32,471 bases of DNA from a virus. Its lineage: Duplodnaviria > Caudoviricetes. The position numbers and the translations under genes were made by a program. Positions 18,408 through 25,043 of this stretch are shown one piece after another. How positions within the stretch are numbered: position 1 is the first letter of the stretch; the number at the start of each line of letters is the position of its first letter. The notes beneath the pieces were generated by a model that ran no database searches, was not told where the DNA came from, and was given only the letters and a program-made list of their open reading frames with translations. The DNA lies in IMG/VR virus record IMGVR_UViG_3300030392_000779, positions 1 to 32,471 of that record. One strand, written 5' to 3'.

Positions 18408-20060
18408 TTAATATCCAAATGTTGTGTTAATGGGTTGGTAGGATTGCTGCTGCTTGATGGAGTGGAACATAGAATTAGTTGCATAGCCAGTCTGACGTGT
18501 CATACACAGGTATCTAAGAGCATCGTACGCGTGGTCATCTGCTTTTGTGTCCACATCCTCAGAGTTAGTCTTGGACAACGGCAGAGTCGGCAGTGTACGC
18601 ACCAGATTAGTACATGTGCCAAAGACTCGTAATCCGGGTTCCCCGCCGTCAGGAATACTTAGACGACGATGGACCTCGATTTTCCCGGCTATGCGATTCC
18701 TGTCTGCTGGTACAAATCTTGCACCATTGCGGATCATTGTCTCTGCTATACTGGGTCCAGTACCGTGTTTTGACCAGCAAGATCCATCCAGAACAGTCTG
18801 TGTCATTGGGGGATCATCATATTCAAGTGCCAGTATCAACTCCGCTATACTTTCTCCAGTGTGTCCTTTTTCGTAAAGTTCTCTGTATATCCAAAGATTG
18901 TTGTCCCAGTCTACAGCACCCCAAAGAACACAACTAGGACTACTATATCCGTAATCCATTGCGCGTACACGGGGCCAATTGTAGGGAAGCTCAAACGGTT
19001 CAACAACATGTACAGTTCTGTCAAATTCACTAAATGCTGCTCCTTCTGCCACATCCCAGTCACCGTCCAGTAATCTTCGTCTTTCTACTTCCGGAAGACT
19101 GAGAAGCATCGATTCATATTCTCCGGACTCTGCCAGATAAGGATTGTCTGTTAGTCGGGCGGGTATGAACCTCCGGTGGAATAGTGGCTTTTTGGTTTTC
19201 GGATTGCGTAGTATTCTTCCGGTTTCCGGGTCCACTGCCCAAAAAGATGTGTTAGGAACAGCAGGATCAATAAACATCTTCTTAATCCACCAGCCACCCA
19301 CACCGCCGGGATTAGCAGAAGCTCGCATATAAGTGTCGATGCTGGGGTCAGTCGTACGTAACCTGCTTCGCAAGTACGTCCAGACGTAAGGTGACGGATA
19401 ATGCCCAAGTTCATCTATTCCTATCCATGTAAATGCCTGTCCCTGATATCTTGTTACATCGTGATCTTTATCCACGTAGCTGAAGAGGGCTGTGGCTCCG
19501 CTTGGAAACATCCACGTAGATTTTGATTCTCTGAATACAGCTCCGGTAAAAGCACGGGGATAAATCTTACGAGATTGCTCTATCAGATCTGTGAGTTCTG
19601 CAAGTGTTCTTCTTAGGAGAAGTGCTTTATGATTCGGGTTATCTGCGTAGCGCAAGAGGTCCACCAGCATTGCGTAGGACTTGCCGCCTCCTGCTGCTCC
19701 TCCGTATAGTACTTCTTTCTCCGGTGATGCCAGAAAGTCTGTCTGTGGACCATTATTCGGCTTGAAGATGAGTTCCGTGTCTTCCTGTAGCTGTCGTCGC
19801 ACAGAGGAAGGTAATTGATCAATAAGCTTACCATCGAGTACTCCACCATTTTCAGCGATACGATCTGATTTCTGTATTGCTTTAGATTTTATATTCAGAT
19901 TTTTAAGTCTTTTCTCAGCTCTCTTAACTTCCATCCTATTAGCTGTAATCTTTTTCTGCTCTTTTACTTTCTTTTCCTGCACCTTTGAATATTGGTAGCG
20001 TCCTTTTTCTCCGGGTTTAAGAGGAGGTCGCCCTCGTTTTCTAGTTGTAGAAGTGGTCAT
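18408..20060 (-). CDS. terL: Terminase large subunit
   Basis: Walker A GGAAGGGKS, Walker B WIGIDE, coupling motif ASANPGG, nuclease MDYG and DHAYDALRY. Basic N-terminal extension. Confidence 0.95.
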   Translation of the reverse strand: MTTSTTRKRGRPPLKPGEKGRYQYSKVQEKKVKEQKKITANRMEVKRAEKRLKNLNIKSKAIQKSDRIAENGGVLDGKLIDQLPSSVRRQLQEDTELIFKPNNGPQTDFLASPEKEVLYGGAAGGGKSYAMLVDLLRYADNPNHKALLLRRTLAELTDLIEQSRKIYPRAFTGAVFRESKSTWMFPSGATALFSYVDKDHDVTRYQGQAFTWIGIDELGHYPSPYVWTYLRSRLRTTDPSIDTYMRASANPGGVGGWWIKKMFIDPAVPNTSFWAVDPETGRILRNPKTKKPLFHRRFIPARLTDNPYLAESGEYESMLLSLPEVERRRLLDGDWDVAEGAAFSEFDRTVHVVEPFELPYNWPRVRAMDYGYSSPSCVLWGAVDWDNNLWIYRELYEKGHTGESIAELILALEYDDPPMTQTVLDGSCWSKHGTGPSIAETMIRNGARFVPADRNRIAGKIEVHRRLSIPDGGEPGLRVFGTCTNLVRTLPTLPLSKTNSEDVDTKADDHAYDALRYLCMTRQTGYATNSMFHSIKQQQSYQPINTTFGY

Positions 20061-20069
20061 TAAGATTCA

Positions 20070-20381
20070 TCACGCCTTTTTTTTAGTACGTTTCTTTGTT
20101 ACCTTACCACCGCTTGCTTTTCTCTTAGGATTTTTCTTTGTTACCTTACCACCTTTACCAAAATCCATAGATTTTTTTTGCTTAGATTGAAACTCTTGTT
20201 CCTCTGGACTTTTAGCACCGGGCGAAGCCAGCCTTTCTGTCCCTTGCCATACTTTAATTTCTTTTTTAGTTATATTAGCCAGTATTTTCTCTTGTCGTTT
20301 TATATTTCTTTTGCTTTTTTCTATTTCTCGTTGTGCTGCTTCTGCCGGAGTCTCATTTTTTTTTCGTAATTCTAATCCCAT
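20070..20381 (-). CDS. Small basic protein with two GGKV motifs
   Basis: 103 aa, Lys-rich, SD AAGGAG. FGKGGKV and ASGGKV are encoded by a 21-bp duplication. Confidence 0.65.
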   Translation of the reverse strand: MGLELRKKNETPAEAAQREIEKSKRNIKRQEKILANITKKEIKVWQGTERLASPGAKSPEEQEFQSKQKKSMDFGKGGKVTKKNPKRKASGGKVTKKRTKKKA

Positions 20382-20392
20382 AATTCTTCTCC

Positions 20393-20530
20393 TTACCTCT
20401 TTCTGGTAGACTTTCCAGCCTTGCTAAGTGCAATGGCTATTGATTGTTTTTGTGGACGACCTTCTTTCTTTTTTAATGTGCGAATGTTATTAGAGATGGC
20501 CTTCCTGCTTGATCCTTTCTTAAGGGGCAT
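20393..20530 (-). CDS. Tiny basic phage protein (MPLKKG...ISNNI...[13 protein letters not shown] type)
   Basis: 45 aa, below the track threshold: [46 protein letters not shown] pattern I recognise from near phage terminases. Confidence 0.7.
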   Translation of the reverse strand: MPLKKGSSRKAISNNIRTLKKKEGRPQKQSIAIALSKAGKSTRKR

Positions 20531-20540
20531 GATAATTCTT

Positions 20541-20849
20541 TCAAGAATAGTACGGATTAGTTACTTCACCGAACTCTGCTTCAACCAAACGTATCTTGTC
20601 GGGAAAATAATGAAGGAGCATATTCTCAACTCCCCCTTTTAATGTCATCTGGCTCATACTGCATCCAGCACATGATCCTGTCATTGAGACTGTTACGATA
20701 CCGTTAACATGATCCATTTCTTTAAATTCTACTTTTCCCCCGTGCATGGCTACAGACGGCTGTACTTTTTCTTCCAGCATAAAGGAAATTTCCTTCTCAA
20801 GTTTTATACGGTTATCCTTTTTAATAAATTTAAGAGAATTAGGAAGCAT
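20541..20849 (-). CDS. NifU C-terminal / NfuA-like Fe-S cluster carrier domain
   Basis: '[16 protein letters not shown]...[27 protein letters not shown]' with the hallmark CxxC. Start probably ATG 20849. Confidence 0.9.
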   Translation of the reverse strand: MLPNSLKFIKKDNRIKLEKEISFMLEEKVQPSVAMHGGKVEFKEMDHVNGIVTVSMTGSCAGCSMSQMTLKGGVENMLLHYFPDKIRLVEAEFGEVTNPYYS

Positions 20850-21054
20850 GGTTTCTGTACGTCCTTTGAAGTTCACTATAGTTAATAATATGTAGAAGAT
20901 ACATCTTGTCAATCCATTCTATCTTTCTGTTGTAGAGATTGTGTGCAGATTTTATGCGATCCTGCATCTCTTTTAACACATAAAAGGGAAGATCACGGGA
21001 ATAGCTGACTATATCTTCTGAAGCTGGAGCATCCGGATCGTATTTCTTAACCAC
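20839..21054 (-). CDS. Hypothetical protein
   Basis: 71 aa, GTG start, abuts both neighbours. Confidence 0.5.
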   Translation of the reverse strand: MVKKYDPDAPASEDIVSYSRDLPFYVLKEMQDRIKSAHNLYNRKIEWIDKMYLLHIINYSELQRTYRNHAS

Positions 21055-21059
21055 TGTAC

Positions 21060-21365
21060 TTAGCCTTTATACTTAGGCTTTCTTCCGGATACTTTTCCGC
21101 CGTGGGCGTATCTCTTGTTACTGGCTGTGTAAGGTTTCTTTACTTTTCCGCCTCCCATCATCTTTTTAGATGATTTATCTTTTTTCAACAAGCCGCCCTT
21201 GTTTATAGCTATTGTTTTCTTTTCTTCCTTTTCTTTCTCTTTTTCAGCATTGAAAATATCGTCTATTTCATTCAAAAATTCTCTCTCTTTATAAGTTAGG
21301 GGTCTTTCCATGTCCATTAATTTCTTGTATCTAATCATGTCGGAATGAGATACTGTTTTATCCAT
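21060..21365 (-). CDS. Small basic protein with three xxGGx[VL] motifs
   Basis: 101 aa with INKGGLL, MMGGGKV and YAHGGKV. Overlaps the TerS stop. Confidence 0.65.
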   Translation of the reverse strand: MDKTVSHSDMIRYKKLMDMERPLTYKEREFLNEIDDIFNAEKEKEKEEKKTIAINKGGLLKKDKSSKKMMGGGKVKKPYTASNKRYAHGGKVSGRKPKYKG

Positions 21366-21807
21366 TATCTATGTACTCCCCGTCTATAACATTGTGAACT
21401 TCTTTTTTCGCAGGAAGCAACACAACACCATGTACGACCTGACCCGTTATTTCTGTGGTCTGTTTCTTTGATACTCCTATACGGTCTAGTATGGACTCTG
21501 CTGACTTGATACGCATGTCCATCTGATTCAAGGGAGTTGTTCCATCTGCATCCAAACCCTCAACAATGCGGTAAGCAGCTTTCACACCATTTACAGCAAG
21601 AAAGTCTTTAGTCCGGGCAGAGATCTCATCACGCATGGACTTCATAAGACTTGATCGTGATGTTTTGTAGCCAGCAGTACGCATTGCTTCTAGAATCTTT
21701 CCACCGTTATCAAACAAGGCATCAAGGAAGGCAGCTTGCTTCTCTGTAAGATTACGGCTAGGATCAGTCCTGAATGGTGTGCCAGCTACGGCATTCTTAC
21801 CTGCCAT
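21358..21807 (-). CDS. Putative terminase small subunit
   Basis: HTH-like 'RNLTEKQAAFLDALF..GG....A...AGY' and C-terminal 'AESILDRIGV...VVLLPAK'. Start likely ATG 21807. Confidence 0.65.
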   Translation of the reverse strand: MAGKNAVAGTPFRTDPSRNLTEKQAAFLDALFDNGGKILEAMRTAGYKTSRSSLMKSMRDEISARTKDFLAVNGVKAAYRIVEGLDADGTTPLNQMDMRIKSAESILDRIGVSKKQTTEITGQVVHGVVLLPAKKEVHNVIDGEYIDNG

Positions 21808-22378
21808 TGTACTTAGCCTTTCTTCCAGATACTTTGCCGCCGTGAGCGTATCTCTTGTTGCTGGTTGCATAAACTTTACCACCCTTATTTTTTACAACCT
21901 TTAAGTAATTTTTCGCTGCTGCATCTTCTGGAAAAGGAACCTTATGTCCCGCTGCATACTTTCTAACAATTCTTGGGTGTACCCCCCCCTCCAACATGTT
22001 CAGTATATTTTTTCCAATATTAACGCCACGAGCCTGTTCATCTACAGCTTCCTGATAAGGTCTACTTTTCTTATCGATGAACGCTTCATCATATTCGTTT
22101 TCTTTTGTTGTTTTTCTAGGAGATTTTTCTACTTTTTTTAGTGCAGCTTTTCGTGCGGCTGCTATATTTTTATAAATTTTCTTGCCAAGTTCTAAAATTC
22201 TAAATCCACCAGCACCAACAGGAACCAGAGAAAAAGCCACTCCCGCAACCGTCATTAAACGCTTTTTAGTCTTTTCATCTACGGGAATAGCTTTAGGTGT
22301 AGCTCCTTGAAGCTTTCCTTCATCCATTGCCATCTTAATAGAAGCTTCACGTTCTTTTCTTTCTTTCACAGTAGTCAT
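21797..22378 (-). CDS. Basic protein with C-terminal GGKV motifs
   Basis: 193 aa. C-terminus KNKGGKVYATSNKRYAHGGKVSGRKAKY is nearly identical to the end of 21060-21365. Confidence 0.65.
   Translation of the reverse strand: MTTVKERKEREASIKMAMDEGKLQGATPKAIPVDEKTKKRLMTVAGVAFSLVPVGAGGFRILELGKKIYKNIAAARKAALKKVEKSPRKTTKENEYDEAFIDKKSRPYQEAVDEQARGVNIGKNILNMLEGGVHPRIVRKYAAGHKVPFPEDAAAKNYLKVVKNKGGKVYATSNKRYAHGGKVSGRKAKYNGR
22053..22087. repeat. 35-bp direct repeat, copy 1
   Basis: tgataaggtctacttttcttatcgatgaacgcttc, 34/35 identical to 24874-24908. Confidence 0.95.
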
Positions 22379-22406
22379 TAAGATGTACCCCTACGTTCTC
22401 TTGTAC

Positions 22407-22478
22407 TTAGCAATCACACGGATTGCAGTTGCAATCTTCGCATTTACAATTTGGATTATTACACTTTTCTATGATCAT
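22407..22478 (-). CDS. Metallothionein-like micropeptide (23 aa, 7 Cys)
   Basis: MIIEKCNNPNCKCEDCNCNPCDC*. SD AAGGGA 6 nt upstream of the ATG. Occupies an otherwise empty gap in the operon. Confidence 0.7.
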   Translation of the reverse strand: MIIEKCNNPNCKCEDCNCNPCDC

Positions 22479-22494
22479 AATATTTCCCTTATTA

Positions 22495-22887
22495 TCAAAT
22501 ACCAATATCTTTGGGTATCTCATGGGCAATTACAAATCCTTCAAAGCTCTCATCATTCACATTGTACACTTTTAATACAACAGAGTTTTTCTTTTTAAAA
22601 TCTGTATATCCCATAACTACCTCTTTTACTTTAAAGTGGACTAAACTTTGAAGAAGAACACATCTCTGTGCAGATGCAAGGAATTGCATAAGCATGATAG
22701 CTTTCTGCATACCTTCTATGTCAGCTTTTGCAACTTCCATTATGTCTTCTTCAAATCGACATATGAAGCGTACACCTACACTATCATTCTTCTTCCATCC
22801 ATTGCCGCTTGCAAAAGATGCCGGAACTATCCACATACACAGAATTAGTATGCATATGAACTTCTTTATATTTCTAAGTATCGCCAT
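22495..22887 (-). CDS. Hypothetical secreted/periplasmic protein
   Basis: 130 aa. Signal-peptide-like N-terminus (KKFICILILCMWIVPASFA); overlaps the Hsp20 stop. Confidence 0.6.
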   Translation of the reverse strand: MAILRNIKKFICILILCMWIVPASFASGNGWKKNDSVGVRFICRFEEDIMEVAKADIEGMQKAIMLMQFLASAQRCVLLQSLVHFKVKEVVMGYTDFKKKNSVVLKVYNVNDESFEGFVIAHEIPKDIGI

Positions 22888-23317
22888 TGATAATACTCAG
22901 TTGACGGGGCTTTTTAGAATCCGGAATATTCTCACGCAGATAGATGACAAGAAGACCATTCTTCAGTATCACATTCTCTACTTCAACGTGTCTGCCAAGT
23001 GCAAAGACCTTCATGAAATTGCGTTTAGCAATACCCCTAGTATGGACAACAGATATGTCATCCTTAGATTTCTCTATGCTACCCTCAATGGTTAATTTCT
23101 GTCCCTGTACCTCCACGTTAAGATCATCCCTTCCGAATCCTGCAAGAGCAAGTGTGATCGTAAAATAACCTTTGCGTATCTCGGTTATGTCGTGGGGTGG
23201 GAAAGCTGATACATTTTGTTTTGAGCGGTGCAGTACGTCATCTATATTTGACAGGTACGGCTCAAAACCTACTGCGTGTCGAAAGAATGTTGGACCAAGC
23301 AATGCGTCTAATAACAT
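22874..23317 (-). CDS. Small heat shock protein (Hsp20/IbpA-like)
   Basis: 'VGF', 'FPPHDI', 'ITLALAGF', 'RGIAKRNF...F.L', 'LKNGLLVIYL...IPDSKKPRQLSI'. SD AAGGAG. Confidence 0.92.
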   Translation of the reverse strand: MLLDALLGPTFFRHAVGFEPYLSNIDDVLHRSKQNVSAFPPHDITEIRKGYFTITLALAGFGRDDLNVEVQGQKLTIEGSIEKSKDDISVVHTRGIAKRNFMKVFALGRHVEVENVILKNGLLVIYLRENIPDSKKPRQLSIINGDT

Positions 23318-23376
23318 AATTGTTCTCCTTGTATGCGAGAATTATTCTTTGTCCCAATCACGAAGGCAACAAAGAA
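23318..23376 (-). promoter_or_regulatory. ROSE-like RNA thermometer candidate in the hsp20 leader
   Basis: UUCUC-G-C...GGAGAA hairpin occludes the SD with a bulged G (UCGCA vs ROSE UYGCU). A second 8-bp-stem hairpin lies upstream (23345-23376). Confidence 0.5.
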
Positions 23377-23465
23377 GGGTATTGTGTATTGCGTGTTCCC
23401 TTTTTTGATAAATATGATGTATGGTTGGCAAAATGTGAACAAAAGACACAATACCACTATATACC

Positions 23466-23494
23466 ATTATACACACGTATAGGCATGTTGTCAA
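23466..23494 (-). promoter_or_regulatory. Consensus sigma70 promoter driving hsp20 and the late operon
   Basis: TTGACA (23494-23489), 17 bp, TATAAT (23471-23466). Confidence 0.85.
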
Positions 23495-23559
23495 GTAAAA
23501 AATGCACATTTAGTAAAAAAATAATTATTTTATCGAAATGTGCATTTTTTACTTGACAA
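23488..23559. repeat. Perfect 24-bp inverted repeat with 24-bp AT-rich spacer
   Basis: ttgtcaagtaaaaaatgcacattt (23488-23511) and aaatgtgcattttttacttgacaa (23536-23559). The spacer contains the 14-bp palindrome aaaataattatttt. Confidence 0.97.
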
Positions 23560-23581
23560 AGTGCTAATCAGTGTGTATAAT
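23553..23581 (+). promoter_or_regulatory. Consensus sigma70 promoter firing into the non-coding repeat region
   Basis: TTGACA (23553-23558), 17 bp, TATAAT (23576-23581). Confidence 0.8.
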
Positions 23582-23635
23582 AGGAGATACTCCGTGTGCA
23601 GAGGGGAAATATACACCACCCCCTCTAAGTAGTCT

Positions 23636-23730
23636 CATAGTCAAAAGATTCACATAGACTGAAAGAGTATACATAGTCAAAAGATTCACATAGACTGAAA
23701 GAGTATACATAGTCAAAAGATTCACATAGA
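23636..23730. repeat. 36-bp tandem repeat, about 2.6 identical copies
   Basis: Unit catagtcaaaagattcacatagactgaaagagtata at 23636, 23672 and 23708 (partial). Each unit is itself two degenerate CATAG...AAAGA halves. Confidence 0.95.
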
Positions 23731-24072
23731 AAAAATAGTAAAAAATTCTCTCCTGTGTATATAGATATACAGGGGGGGCTAGTGGCCCATTCGCGCCCTT
23801 TATCCTTTTTTTTTATCTTTTCCATAACAAAATTATCATTGATATAATCCAAGCTTTATAGTCAATATAGATGGAAGGATTAATCATAGCTGTTAATATA
23901 TATTTTTCGTACGCATATACATACACATTCACTTTATAGTGACAAATTATAGGATTGCTATACAAAATGCATTGTCGATGGGGGCTACGCGCTACCTAAA
24001 CACAGACCTTGATAATTGATACTAGAACAATATCAATCATATGTTTGAATATCTCCAATTATTCACCTGACC

Positions 24073-24099
24073 AAAAGAAAAAAGACCCCGAAGGGTCTT
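24073..24099 (-). terminator. Intrinsic terminator ending the leftward early cluster
   Basis: Minus strand AAGACCC-UUCG-GGGUCUU followed by UUUUCUUUU. Confidence 0.85.
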
Positions 24100-24136
24100 A
24101 TAAGTTTTCTAGCGGATATATTTATATAGGGTTTTT

Positions 24137-24352
24137 TTAGGTAAGCTTTTGATTAGAGCGCATTGTCAAGGAGAATACTGTCGAACCATTTGCATCTACG
24201 ATGTGGATCTGCTGGGTGCCGAACCTTTTATCGAATTTGTCCACTTGATAACCAGCTACGTTGTTTACTGTTATAGCTGTCGTTGCGCCGTACATGGCGT
24301 ATGTGTTATAATGCATATTTGTTATGGCGTTATATTTTCTTGAAGTAGTCAT
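24137..24352 (-). CDS. Hypothetical protein
   Basis: 71 aa, SD GGAG, followed by a terminator. Confidence 0.55.
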   Translation of the reverse strand: MTTSRKYNAITNMHYNTYAMYGATTAITVNNVAGYQVDKFDKRFGTQQIHIVDANGSTVFSLTMRSNQKLT

Positions 24353-24489
24353 TTTTTATAATCTCCAATTTGGTTTGTGTCATTGTGTTATACGTGTGCA
24401 TTTCTATAGCGTCAAGCATAAAATGCATAAGACCTAATATTAATACCGAAAGCACAATTGCAGGAATAACACAACAAATCACTAAATCC

Positions 24490-24753
24490 TTACCATTGTT
24501 CATCAGGGCTACTCAGCTTGCTAGGAGTATCGAGCCAACTATTATCGAGAACAGAAAACAGAATATGGTCCAGAATAACCACCGGCATTCGGTGAGATTC
24601 TTGATAGATATCCCCAAGACATTCAGAACAGACCCCAATGTTATTTCTGTCGGATGCAATCCTTGAGCCAAGCAATACCCCGCAATGAAAGCATAGGGTG
24701 TTATGTTTTTGCATTCCTTTCGAACAGGATGTGCGGTCGAATATAGCAGTCAT
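24490..24753 (-). CDS. Hypothetical protein with CxxC...CxxC
   Basis: 87 aa, SD GGAG 8 nt upstream, CFHC and CSEC. Confidence 0.5.
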   Translation of the reverse strand: MTAIFDRTSCSKGMQKHNTLCFHCGVLLGSRIASDRNNIGVCSECLGDIYQESHRMPVVILDHILFSVLDNSWLDTPSKLSSPDEQW

Positions 24754-24782
24754 GTCATATACTCCAAAGTTGTATTAGATTT

Positions 24783-24947
24783 TTAATTGTCTTTTCTTTT
24801 CTTCTTTAAAAATTGTTTGTGGATCTCCAGTTCTGTATCTGTCATGTTTAGCGTTACTTGCCACCCGTTCAGTTGATAAGGTCTAATTTTCTTATCGATG
24901 AACGCTTCGTTCTCTTTTTCTATGTCTTCTGTTTTTGTTGTTGTCAT
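24783..24947 (-). CDS. Small hypothetical protein carrying copy 2 of the 35-bp repeat
   Basis: 54 aa: MTTTKTEDIEKENEAFIDKKIRPYQLNGWQVTLNMTDTELEIHKQFLKKKRKDN. SD AAGGA. Confidence 0.5.
   Translation of the reverse strand: MTTTKTEDIEKENEAFIDKKIRPYQLNGWQVTLNMTDTELEIHKQFLKKKRKDN
24874..24908. repeat. 35-bp direct repeat, copy 2
   Basis: tgataaggtctaattttcttatcgatgaacgcttc. Confidence 0.95.
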
Positions 24948-25043
24948 ATTTAAGTATCCTTATATATTAGGCGAACAGAACAAGCAACACAAAAACCACA
25001 ACTACAAGCATTGCAAGCCGGTAGATACTCAATAGTAGGCTTA

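Noticed and set aside
23636-23730. Possible mini CRISPR array (36-bp period)
   Set aside because: Units are contiguous and the would-be spacers are identical, so this is a tandem repeat. No cas genes are present.
23625-23852. 75-aa minus-strand ORF
   Set aside because: Its C-terminus is just the translated tandem repeat (LCESFDYVYSFS), and it has no convincing SD.
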